A stretch of DNA of 64,000 nt from Candidatus Aminicenantes bacterium (GTDB lineage: Bacteria > Acidobacteriota > Aminicenantia > Aminicenantales > JAFGBC01), in contig OY969696.1 of assembly GCA_963702005.1 (NCBI GenBank), positions 576,001 through 640,000 of the forward strand, written 5' to 3'. Below are positions 9,750-18,409 of the stretch, piece after piece; within the stretch, counting starts at the first letter, position 1; each line of letters opens with the position of its first letter. The position numbers and the translations under genes are program-made. Under the pieces are notes generated by a model. It was not told the origin of the DNA, made no database searches, and saw only the letters and a list, made by a program, of their open reading frames with translations.

Positions 9750-10547
9750 ATGAAAATTCTTTTTTTAGATGATTCTTATAGGGTGGATAAAAATTATTTG
9801 GGCAATGGAGGATTTTGCATTGATGAAGAAGAAATCAGTAAGCTTTGTGAAGATATCCTTAAACTAAAACGAAGATTCCATATACCCAGTAACGTAGAGA
9901 TCAAGTGGTCACCCGATCAAGCTCATTATCTTCGGACCCTTTCTAATGAAGTTAGGAAAAAGTTATATAAAGATCTGTTGGGATTACTAAAAAATTATAA
10001 TGTCGCTGTTATTTGTTCAGTTCATGACCTTAATGAATGTTATGGAGTAAAAAAACATAAATGGAATATGAATAGGAGTCTCCTATGGGCTACAAAAGAG
10101 CAATTTAAGTATATTGCAGAAAGATTCGAAAGGCCTGTTTTAGAATCAAGCGATGATTATGGAATAATTATTGCTGATAAATATTCCGATAACAAAGGAG
10201 AAATAGACCTTCTAAAGGATATGATGGATGCCATTACGTTTGGGACGGACTATAGAAAATTTAAAAGAGTTTGTATGAATCCACTTATAGCAATATCTGA
10301 TTTTTGTCCCCCAATTCAAATATCGGATACCATAATAGGCATAATTGTTGGGGCTCTAGCTCAAAGCGAGTATGCTAAAAGCTATATTACTGATTTAGTC
10401 AGTTTGTTTTTAAAGAATCCCAATTATGGAGCTACAACCTCTTCTCCAATTCTTTCGACTTCGATTTTAGGTTTTGGATTGATCATGTTCCCTTCTGGCT
10501 TCAGAACTAAAGGGATAGATTTATTTAGAAGATTAGATAAGGAATAG
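9750..10547 (+). CDS. DUF3800-like protein (low GC)
   Basis: N-terminal LFLDDS, EIKWS, IIIAD, late IQISD pattern; strongly AT-rich relative to the window. Confidence 0.7.
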   Translation: MKILFLDDSYRVDKNYLGNGGFCIDEEEISKLCEDILKLKRRFHIPSNVEIKWSPDQAHYLRTLSNEVRKKLYKDLLGLLKNYNVAVICSVHDLNECYGVKKHKWNMNRSLLWATKEQFKYIAERFERPVLESSDDYGIIIADKYSDNKGEIDLLKDMMDAITFGTDYRKFKRVCMNPLIAISDFCPPIQISDTIIGIIVGALAQSEYAKSYITDLVSLFLKNPNYGATTSSPILSTSILGFGLIMFPSGFRTKGIDLFRRLDKE

Positions 10548-10742
10548 ATCTTTAGTGAAAAGGGCCTAAGAGAGTTATGAAGAAAATAGATACAATGGAG
10601 AAAGAGATGCTTTTAAAATATGTTTACAAAAAAGATATAAATATTCGACCCTGCCAGGTCTTGATGAAGTCCAAAGTAAATGGCCATTTTTATCTCTTTA
10701 ATGAGGCGTTGGGTAATAAAACTGAGAAGGAGGACAAAGGAA

Positions 10743-11360
10743 ATGCATAAAAGGAATGCAATTTTATTGGCAATAACATTGGGGCTTCTGGCCAGCTGCG
10801 CTTCGACCCACATTACGGCTTTCAAGGATCCCGATTTTGTCGGGAAGTCTTTTCATCGGATACTCGTTATAGCGCCTTTTTCCGACTTGGAATACAGGGA
10901 TACCGCCGAAAAAGCCTTTATCTTTTGGTTTTCCGAGTTTTCTGTAGATGCAATTTCTTCGATAAGAATAATGCCTCCGACCAGAGACTACTCAAATGAG
11001 GAATTTAATAACGTCCTATCTAAGAACAAAATTGAAGCAGTTCTTGTTATCACGCTCACCGATGCTTTCACTTCCGAAGCCTATGTGCCTGGTTCCTCGC
11101 GCACTGACGCTAAAGCTACTTTAATGGGCAATTATATTCAATATTCATCTCAAACTCGCCAATCTCCAGGCTATTTTATCTCGAAGCCTCGAGTTAAATT
11201 TGAGCTGCGGCTTTTTGATGTCGCTTCAGGAAAAACGGCATGGATAGCTTCTTCATTTACAAAAGGGAATGCATTGGCCGGTTTTGGGACTTTAATGAGT
11301 TCTCTGGCAAACAACACAGCATTTCAGCTGAGGTATGACGGGTTGTTACGTAAGAAGTGA
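10743..11360 (+). CDS. Hypothetical lipoprotein (low GC)
   Basis: Lipobox LLASC after MHKRNAILLAITLG; AAGGA RBS. Confidence 0.75.
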   Translation: MHKRNAILLAITLGLLASCASTHITAFKDPDFVGKSFHRILVIAPFSDLEYRDTAEKAFIFWFSEFSVDAISSIRIMPPTRDYSNEEFNNVLSKNKIEAVLVITLTDAFTSEAYVPGSSRTDAKATLMGNYIQYSSQTRQSPGYFISKPRVKFELRLFDVASGKTAWIASSFTKGNALAGFGTLMSSLANNTAFQLRYDGLLRKK

Positions 11361-11422
11361 TCTATAAGCACAGAGATATAACAAGCATTATTCGCAGTCT
11401 CCGAGTTTCCCGCTAATCACGC

Positions 11423-11451
11423 TTGACATTAATCACGCAACGCGATACTAT
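11423..11451 (+). promoter_or_regulatory. Sigma70 promoter of higBA
   Basis: TTGACA-17 bp-TACTAT, 6 nt before the ATG; TAATCACGC occurs twice around the -35 box. Confidence 0.7.
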
Positions 11452-11457
11452 CGGACC

Positions 11458-11736
11458 ATGATTGTGTCGTTCAAATCCGCAGATGCGGAAGCGCTTGCGA
11501 ACGGCCAGAGAGTCAAGCGGTTCGCCAAGATCGAGTCTGTTGCGCGGCGCAAGTTGCGACAGCTGCAGATCGCGGGGCGACTCGAGGACCTCCGTGTGCC
11601 GCCGGGCAATCGCCTCGAGGCGCTTAAAGGTGATCGTGAAGGTCACTTCAGCATCCGCGTGAACGATCGATTTCGAGTCTGCTTCCGCTGGACGGCCGCG
11701 GGCGCCGAAGACGTCGAAATTGTGGACTACCATTAA
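11458..11736 (+). CDS. higB: HigB (RelE/ParE family) toxin
   Basis: DLRVPPGNRLEALKGDREGHFSIRVNDRFRVCF...VEIVDYH. Confidence 0.92.
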   Translation: MIVSFKSADAEALANGQRVKRFAKIESVARRKLRQLQIAGRLEDLRVPPGNRLEALKGDREGHFSIRVNDRFRVCFRWTAAGAEDVEIVDYH

Positions 11737-11748
11737 GGAGATAAGACT

Positions 11749-12066
11749 ATGACGAAGCTCAAGCCCGTAACACCGGGCGAATTGCTGCGCGAGGAGTTCC
11801 TGAAACCGATGGGCATCTCGCAGTATCGCCTCGCCAAGGAGATCGGTGTGCCCGCCCAGCGCATCGGCGAGATCGTTGCCGGTAAACGCGCCGTCACGGC
11901 CGATACCGACCTGCGGCTGTGCCGGTTCTTCGGCCTGTCCAACGGCTACTGGTTGCGGGCTCAGGCGGCTTATGACACGGAAGTGGCGGAGGACGCCCTC
12001 TCGGATAAGTTGAAGAAGATCAAACCGTGGTCGGGGCTCGGATCGCACTTGGGTCGCACGGCATAA
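11749..12066 (+). CDS. higA: HigA antitoxin
   Basis: PGELLREEFLKPMGISQYRLAK...VTADTDLRL...YWLRAQAAYD. Confidence 0.92.
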   Translation: MTKLKPVTPGELLREEFLKPMGISQYRLAKEIGVPAQRIGEIVAGKRAVTADTDLRLCRFFGLSNGYWLRAQAAYDTEVAEDALSDKLKKIKPWSGLGSHLGRTA

Positions 12067-12153
12067 AATGCCCTTAGAAACCCTTTTGCTATTTAGCATC
12101 GAGTCGGGGTATCATGGGGGCGAAAATGAAATCCGCTAAAAACAGGGGTCATC

Positions 12154-12921
12154 ATGGCTGAACAATTCTCGGATGAAAGCCGCAAGAAAATCGCCCTATT
12201 CATCGACGGCGATAACGCCCAACCCTCGCTCCTGGGAAAGATGCTGGCCGAGGTCGCCAAGTACGGCCTGGTCACCATCCGCCGCATCTACGGCGACTGG
12301 ACGACGGCCAACATGGGCGGCTGGAAGATGGCCCTCAACGAGAACGCCATCCAGCCCATCCAGCAGTTCCGCTATACGATCGGCAAGAATGCGACGGACA
12401 GCGCCATGATCATCGACGCCATGGACATCCTCCACGGCCACCTCGTCGACGGGTTCTGCCTCGTCTCGAGCGACAGCGATTACACCCGCCTGGCGACCCG
12501 GATCCGGGAGATGGGCTTCTTCGTCATGGGAATCGGCAAGGAGAAGACGCCCCGGGCCTTCGTCAACGCCTGCAACCTCTTCATTTACACCGAGAACCTG
12601 ATACCCAAGCGTCAAGCCCGCGAGCACGAGCGTCCTTCCCGAAGGACCGAACGGACCGAGCGGACCGAGGGCGAACGGCCCAACCGGCTCGACCCGGCCC
12701 CACTCCTGCGGGGCGCCGTGGACATGGCCGTCCAGGAGGACGGCTGGGCCAACCTGGGCACGATCGGGTTCACGCTCCGCCAGCTCGACCCGGGCTTCGA
12801 CCCCCGGACCTACGGATACAAACAGCTGTCCCAGCTTTTCAAGGCCCACCCCACCCAATTCGAGCTCCGCGTCGAGGACGAGAGCGGCCGGGCCGACATC
12901 TACGTCCGGCTCAAGGAATAG
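12154..12921 (+). CDS. NYN domain protein with C-terminal OST-HTH/LOTUS domain
   Basis: IALFIDGDN, RRIYGDW, GKNATD, SSDSDY, FDPRTYGYKQLSQL. Confidence 0.88.
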   Translation: MAEQFSDESRKKIALFIDGDNAQPSLLGKMLAEVAKYGLVTIRRIYGDWTTANMGGWKMALNENAIQPIQQFRYTIGKNATDSAMIIDAMDILHGHLVDGFCLVSSDSDYTRLATRIREMGFFVMGIGKEKTPRAFVNACNLFIYTENLIPKRQAREHERPSRRTERTERTEGERPNRLDPAPLLRGAVDMAVQEDGWANLGTIGFTLRQLDPGFDPRTYGYKQLSQLFKAHPTQFELRVEDESGRADIYVRLKE

Positions 12922-12935
12922 CGGGGACGTCGGCT

Positions 12936-13433
12936 GTGGGGGCGCGCGCCTCTGTATTTCTCGAATCGCCCATCGGGGTTCTTGAGATCACGGGAACCGA
13001 GCGGGGCGTCGAATCAGTCAATTTTGTCGAGCGGCGTCCTTCCGCCGGACCCGCAGATTCGAACAAGGCCCCGACGCCCCTCCTCGAATGCCGCCGCCAG
13101 CTCGACGACTATTTTCGAGGCCGCCGCACCGAGTTCGATCTTCCGCTCGACCTGGCTGGGACTCCCTTCCAGAAAGAAGTCTGGCGCAGGCTCCGCCTCG
13201 TCCCCTTCGGCGAAACGACGAGCTACGGCGCGATAGCCGCGGCCATGAAGCGGCCCGGAGGCGCTCGCGCCGTGGGCGGCGCCAACCACCGGAATCCCAT
13301 CTCCATAATCGTCCCCTGCCACCGGGTCCTCGGCGGCGGCGGGAGCCTTGTCGGCTACGGCGGAGGGCTGTGGCGAAAGGAATGGCTCTTGTCCCACGAG
13401 CGGAAGATGCGGGCGGGCCGGCCCATTTCATAG
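12936..13433 (+). CDS. ogt: Methylated-DNA-protein-cysteine methyltransferase
   Basis: GTPFQKEVW, ARAVGGA, IVPCHRV, GYGGGLWRKEWLL. Confidence 0.92.
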   Translation: MGARASVFLESPIGVLEITGTERGVESVNFVERRPSAGPADSNKAPTPLLECRRQLDDYFRGRRTEFDLPLDLAGTPFQKEVWRRLRLVPFGETTSYGAIAAAMKRPGGARAVGGANHRNPISIIVPCHRVLGGGGSLVGYGGGLWRKEWLLSHERKMRAGRPIS

Positions 13434-13442
13434 GAGGAGACC

Positions 13443-15221
13443 ATGATCGACACACTCAGCCAAATCTTCATCAACACGATCAAGGAATACCCCAAGGACG
13501 GCCTTCTCCAGTATAAGAAGGAAGGCCGCTACCTTCCGATCTCGACGCGCCTGTTCGGCGAGACCGTCCGCGAGATCGCCCTCGGTCTCAAGGCTCTCGG
13601 CGTCGAGCGGGGGGACAAGCTGGTTATTCTCTCGGAAAACCGCCCCGAATGGGTCATGGTTGATTTCGCCAACCTCTGCCTGGGCGGGGTGACCGTTCCC
13701 ATCTACCCGACCCTGATGCCCGAGCAGGTCAAGTACATCATCGAGGATTCCGAAGCCAAGATCGTCGTCTGCTCATCGGGGGCCCTTTGGGACAAGGTCC
13801 GGGCCGTCCGCAAGGCCCTCGGCCGCGTCAAACACTACATCCTCATGGACGGGCCGGCGCCCGACGGGGTCCTGACCCTCGAGAGCCTCCGGGAGAAAGG
13901 CCGGAGGGCGGCGGCCGAGCGGCCGGGTCTGTTCGAGGAGACGGCCCTGAGCGTCAAGCCCGACGACTTGGCCTCGATCATCTACACCTCGGGGACGACG
14001 GGCGTCCCCAAGGGCGTCTTGCTGACCCACGGGAACTTCGTGAGCAACGTCAAGACCCTGACCGCGATCGTCGCCTTCGACGTCAGGGACACCGTCCTGT
14101 CCTTTCTTCCCCTTTCCCACGTCTTGGAACGGATGACGACCTTCTCCTTTCTCTACAAGGGCTGCTCGATCGCCTACGCCGAGAGCGTCGAAACCGTCGC
14201 CGAAAACCTGCTCGAGGTCCGGCCCCAGATCATGATCAGCGTGCCGCGCCTGTTCGATAAAATCTACGCCAAGGTCATGGACACGATCCTGGCCGGGTCG
14301 TCCCTCAAGAAAAAGATCTTCTTCTGGGCCCTGCGGACCGGGAAGAAGTACAGCGGACGCCGCCTCGAGGGGAAACCCGTGTCCGCCCTCCTCAAAGCCA
14401 AGAACGGGCTGGCCGGCAAGCTCGTCTTCGCCAAGATCCTGGCCAAGACGGGAGGCCGGGTCCGCTTTTTCGTCTCGGGCGGGGCGCCCCTGTCCAAGGA
14501 CATCGCCGAGTTCTTCTTCGCCATCGGTTTGACCATCCTCGAGGGCTACGGCCTGACCGAGACGGCGCCCGTCCTGGCCGTCAACACCTTCGATAAAATC
14601 CGGCTGGGGACGGTCGGGATGCCCATCCCCGGGATCGAGCTTCGGATCGCCGCCGACGGCGAGATCATCGTCCGCGGGCCGAACGTCATGAAGGGCTATT
14701 TCAAGAAGGAGGCCGAGACACGCGAGGTTCTGATCGACGGCTGGCTTTATACCGGCGACATCGGCCACCTCGACCCGGACGGCTTCCTGGTTATAACCGA
14801 CCGCAAGAAGGACCTGATCATCACGGCCGGCGGCAAGAACGTCGCGCCCCAGCCCATCGAAAACCTGCTCAAGACCATCCCGCTAGTCGCCAACGCCGTG
14901 GTCATCGGCGGCAACCGCAAATTCATCGCCGCCCTGATTGTCCCCGACTTCGAGAAACTCGTGGCCTATGCTAAGGAAGCTCGGATTCCCTTCGCGAGCC
15001 GAAGGGAGCTTATCGTGAGGCCCGAGGCCGTGGACTTCATCATGGCCGCCATCGACCGGGCGTCCGCCCACCTCGCGCCTTTCGAGCGGGTCAGGAAAAT
15101 CGCCCTCCTCGACAGGGACTTCGAGATCGAGGCCGGCGAGATGACGCCCACCCTCAAGGTCCGGCGGACGATCGTCGAGGCCAAGTACAAGGACGACATC
15201 GACGCCCTCTACCGGGATTAA
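13443..15221 (+). CDS. fadD: Long-chain fatty acid-CoA ligase
   Basis: YTSGTTGVPKG, EGYGLTET, TGDIG, ITDRKKDLIITAGGKNVAP, TPTLK. Confidence 0.88.
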   Translation: MIDTLSQIFINTIKEYPKDGLLQYKKEGRYLPISTRLFGETVREIALGLKALGVERGDKLVILSENRPEWVMVDFANLCLGGVTVPIYPTLMPEQVKYIIEDSEAKIVVCSSGALWDKVRAVRKALGRVKHYILMDGPAPDGVLTLESLREKGRRAAAERPGLFEETALSVKPDDLASIIYTSGTTGVPKGVLLTHGNFVSNVKTLTAIVAFDVRDTVLSFLPLSHVLERMTTFSFLYKGCSIAYAESVETVAENLLEVRPQIMISVPRLFDKIYAKVMDTILAGSSLKKKIFFWALRTGKKYSGRRLEGKPVSALLKAKNGLAGKLVFAKILAKTGGRVRFFVSGGAPLSKDIAEFFFAIGLTILEGYGLTETAPVLAVNTFDKIRLGTVGMPIPGIELRIAADGEIIVRGPNVMKGYFKKEAETREVLIDGWLYTGDIGHLDPDGFLVITDRKKDLIITAGGKNVAPQPIENLLKTIPLVANAVVIGGNRKFIAALIVPDFEKLVAYAKEARIPFASRRELIVRPEAVDFIMAAIDRASAHLAPFERVRKIALLDRDFEIEAGEMTPTLKVRRTIVEAKYKDDIDALYRD

Positions 15222-15245
15222 TTCCGGGGACACACGACTTAATTC
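15219..15245. repeat. Single arm of family-A REP-like repeat overlapping the fadD stop codon
   Basis: TAATTCCGGGGACACACGACTTAATTC. Confidence 0.85.
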
Positions 15246-15280
15246 TTGCGAAAAAAGCGCTTCCGGCCGCGTCTTTTCTT

Positions 15281-16093
15281 ATGACCATGACAGAATCCCA
15301 ATTTCCCGCCCCCGCCCCGCGGCCCGGAAACGGCGGAGCCCGTCCGTCCGGCCATCGTCGCCGCCTCCGCGAGAGGTTCTTAAAGCACGGGCTGGGCGGG
15401 TTTCTGGACTATGAGGTCATCGAGCTTCTCCTGACCCTGGGGACACCGCGCCGGGACTGTAAGGAGCCCGCCAAGGCCGCCCTCCGCGAGTTCAGGTCCC
15501 TGCGGGGCGTCCTCGAATCCTCGGCCGGGGATCTCAGGCGAGTCCGGGGGATCGGTCCCCGCAACGCGTTCGGGATCAAGCTCATCCACGAGGTCTCGCG
15601 GCGCTTCCTCAAGGACAAGATGATGAGCCAGCCCGTCTGCCGTTCCTCCCGGGAGGTGTTCGATTTCCTTTACCACGCCCTCCGGGACCAGAAAAAGGAG
15701 CAGTTCAAGGTCCTGTTCCTGGACGTCAAGAACCAGATTCTCGAGGAGAAAACCCTGTTCGAGGGAACGGTCGACGGAAGCGCCGTCTATCCGCGAGAGA
15801 TCGTCAAGGACGCGCTGCGCACGAACGCCTCCGCCCTCATCTTCGTCCACAACCATCCCTCCGGGGACCCGGAGCCCTCCCTGTGCGACCGGGAGATCAC
15901 CCGGGACCTCGTCTTCGCCGCCGGCGTCATGCAGATCAAGGTCCTCGACCATATCATCATCGGGAACAACTCCTACTACAGCTTCGCCGACCGGGGGCTC
16001 GTCGAGGAGTACGAGAGCTGCTTCCGGGAATGGAACCGAGGGCCGGTCCGGGAGGCACCAAGGAGCCGAGTTTACAGCCCGCGCGGGTTGTGA
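15281..16093 (+). CDS. radC: RadC/JAB-domain protein
   Basis: GHRRRLRERF, YPREIVK, HNHPSGDPEPS..D, LDHIIIG. Confidence 0.92.
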   Translation: MTMTESQFPAPAPRPGNGGARPSGHRRRLRERFLKHGLGGFLDYEVIELLLTLGTPRRDCKEPAKAALREFRSLRGVLESSAGDLRRVRGIGPRNAFGIKLIHEVSRRFLKDKMMSQPVCRSSREVFDFLYHALRDQKKEQFKVLFLDVKNQILEEKTLFEGTVDGSAVYPREIVKDALRTNASALIFVHNHPSGDPEPSLCDREITRDLVFAAGVMQIKVLDHIIIGNNSYYSFADRGLVEEYESCFREWNRGPVREAPRSRVYSPRGL

Positions 16094-16177
16094 TAAAAAG
16101 AAAGGTGATCCCGCGGCCGACTCTCCCCGGGAGGGGGTCCGGGCCGGGGGACGCCCCGCGATCAAACGAGGTGCACG

Positions 16178-17293
16178 ATGAAAGACGAAGATAAAGACCC
16201 CAAGGATTCTTCCCGCCTGAAGGCCATGGAGGCCGCCGTCTCCCAGATCGAGAAGCAGTTCGGGAAGGGGGCCGTTATGAAGCTCGGCCAGAAGGACGCT
16301 GCCGTCAAGGTCCCGGCTATTCCGACCGGCTCGATCGCCTTCGACCTGAGCCTGGGAATCGGCGGGTTCCCGCGCGGCCGGGTTGTCGAGATCTTCGGGC
16401 CCGAGGCGACCGGGAAGACGACCCTGGCCCTCCACGTCATCGCCGAAGCCCAGCGGCGGGGCGGACAGGCGGCCTTCATCGACGCCGAGCACGCCCTCGA
16501 CCCGACCTATGCGGGCAAGATCGGCGTCGATATCGACAACCTCCTCATCTCCCAGCCCGATTACGGCGAGCAGGGACTGGAGATCGCCGAGGTCCTGGTC
16601 CGGAGCGGCGCCGTCGATGTCATCGTCGTCGATTCGGTCGCGGCCCTCGTCCCCAAGGCCGAGCTCGAGGGCGAGATGGGGGATTCCCACATGGGCCTCC
16701 AGGCGCGCCTGATGTCCCAGGCCCTCAGGAAGCTCACGGCCATCGTCGCCCGCTCCAAGACCTGCTTCATCTTCGTCAACCAGCTCCGGGAGAAGATCGG
16801 GATCTTCATCGGAAATCCGGAGACGACCACGGGCGGCCGGGCGCTTAAGTTCTACTCCTCGGTCCGGATCGATATCCGGAGGATCGCCAGCATCAAGGAA
16901 GGCGAGGAGATAGTTGGCAACCGGGTCAAGGTCAAGATCGCCAAGAACAAGATGGCCCCGCCCTTCCGCGAAGCCCAGTTCGACATCATCTTCGGCGAGG
17001 GGATCTCCCGGGAGGGAGACCTCGTCGACTGCGGGCTGGACTTCGGCCTGATCGAGAGGAGCGGAACCTGGTACTCCTACAAGGGCGAGCGGCTCGGCCA
17101 GGGCCGGGACAACGTCAAAAAGCTATTAAAGGAGAACGCGGAGCTGGCCAACCAGCTCGAACTCGAGCTGCGCAGGAAGGTCGGCCTGGCCGGCGAGTCG
17201 GCCGAGGAGAAGCCCGACGCGAAATCCGGGGTAAAACCCGAGCCGAAACCCGAAGCTAAGCCCGAACCGAAGTCCGCTGCCAAGGGGAAATAG
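16178..17293 (+). CDS. recA: Recombinase A
   Basis: [51 protein letters not shown]. Confidence 0.98.
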   Translation: MKDEDKDPKDSSRLKAMEAAVSQIEKQFGKGAVMKLGQKDAAVKVPAIPTGSIAFDLSLGIGGFPRGRVVEIFGPEATGKTTLALHVIAEAQRRGGQAAFIDAEHALDPTYAGKIGVDIDNLLISQPDYGEQGLEIAEVLVRSGAVDVIVVDSVAALVPKAELEGEMGDSHMGLQARLMSQALRKLTAIVARSKTCFIFVNQLREKIGIFIGNPETTTGGRALKFYSSVRIDIRRIASIKEGEEIVGNRVKVKIAKNKMAPPFREAQFDIIFGEGISREGDLVDCGLDFGLIERSGTWYSYKGERLGQGRDNVKKLLKENAELANQLELELRRKVGLAGESAEEKPDAKSGVKPEPKPEAKPEPKSAAKGK

Positions 17294-17334
17294 GCGGGGG
17301 GCGACGGCGACGGCGGCGCCGTTCAGGCTGGGGG

Positions 17335-17410
17335 TTGACCCGTTCGCCGAGGCTCAGGGTCACCCCCGAACAGGCCCCCGCCTCGAGGCCGGGGTGTCGA
17401 GGGGTTGACA
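17335..17410. mobile_element. Family-B palindromic MITE-like element (minimal copy)
   Basis: TTGAC|CCGTTCGCCGAGGCTCAGGGT...GTCGAGGGGTTGAC|A; related copies at 20436, 23305, 39053, 39118 and 50579. Confidence 0.75.
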
Positions 17411-17453
17411 AATCCTATATTTTTGATAGATTTTAGCTGTGAGGGAGGCCGTT

Positions 17454-18164
17454 ATGCTCAATCGTCGCGACTTTTTGGCTTTGACGGGCGCGGGTGGGGC
17501 GGCGGTATTGGCCGCGGGCGCGCTCCAGGCCCTGGGGCGGGGACGGCTTCCGGACAAGGAGGAAACGATCATGGCTTACACGGCGAAGGATTATTCCAAA
17601 CTCATCGGGACGGCGGGCTTCAGCGAGACCCTTCTCAAGAACCATTTCACCCTTTACCAGGGCTATGTCACGAACACGAACAAGGTCCTCGACATCCTGG
17701 CCCAGATGCTCAAGGACGGGAAGACCGCGACGCCCGAGTACGCGGAGCTCAAGCGCCGCTTCGGCTGGGAGTTCGACGGGATGCGGCTCCACGAGCTCTA
17801 TTTCGAGAACCTGGGCGGCAAGGCCGGCCTCGACGCCAACGGCGGGTTGGCCAAGGCGCTCGCCGGGGAGTTCGGCTCGCTCGAGCTCTGGGAAAAGGAT
17901 TTCCGGGCGACCGGGGCGATGCGGGGGATCGGCTGGGTCGTCCTCTACCGGGACGCGGCCGCGGGACGGCTATTCAACGCCTGGATCAACGAGCACGACG
18001 TCTCGCATCCGGCCGGCTGCCAGCCGCTCCTGGTCATGGACGTCTTTGAGCATGCCTACATGCTCGACTACGGCATTAAGCGGGCCGACTACATCGAGGC
18101 GTTCTTCAAGGCCGTCGACTGGACCGCGGTCCAAGCCCGGCTTACTAAGCCGGGCGAAATATAG
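17454..18164 (+). CDS. Fe/Mn superoxide dismutase with Tat signal peptide
   Basis: NRRDFL Tat motif; NHFTLYQGYV, LHELYFENL, DVFEHAY metal-ligand motifs. Confidence 0.9.
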   Translation: MLNRRDFLALTGAGGAAVLAAGALQALGRGRLPDKEETIMAYTAKDYSKLIGTAGFSETLLKNHFTLYQGYVTNTNKVLDILAQMLKDGKTATPEYAELKRRFGWEFDGMRLHELYFENLGGKAGLDANGGLAKALAGEFGSLELWEKDFRATGAMRGIGWVVLYRDAAAGRLFNAWINEHDVSHPAGCQPLLVMDVFEHAYMLDYGIKRADYIEAFFKAVDWTAVQARLTKPGEI

Positions 18165-18409
18165 TTGACTCCATATTTCCTTATCGCCCGGCTAGTACTC
18201 GGGGAGCAGCAAGGACTATGCAATGCCTATTCTGCTCCCCGTAGTAAGTGATCCGGCCCTAGCGACGGGTCGCTCCGCGAATTCCACACAAGGGTTCAGC
18301 CGGGCTCCGCCGCAAATTTGACGCCGACGCCTATGCCCGCCGATGGACCGAGGCGGCCGGGGCGTGATAGAATGATCCCGATTCCGAACGGCAGGAGGAG
18401 ACGCGCGGC

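Noticed and set aside
10545-10580. Amber readthrough (pyrrolysine) extending the DUF3800-like ORF
   Set aside because: Only 10 further codons follow, and there are no pyl genes in the window.
9530-12110. Integron cassette array (low-GC genes plus higBA)
   Set aside because: An ATATAAC after the lipoprotein gene lacks a matching GTTRRRY and attC stem; no integrase in the window.
12643-12670. 9-bp tandem repeat (RTE x3) in the NYN gene as a phase-variation site
   Set aside because: Unit length is a multiple of three and lies in a linker, so copy change would not shift the frame.
17331-17409. GGGGTTGAC direct repeats as a target-site duplication
   Set aside because: The copy at 20436 has GTCAC on the left but TTGAC on the right, so the motif is part of the element end.
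18165-18409. M-box (ykoK) magnesium riboswitch upstream of corA
   Set aside because: No recognisable M-box consensus by eye, and a likely promoter (TG-A-TAGAAT) lies downstream of the structure.
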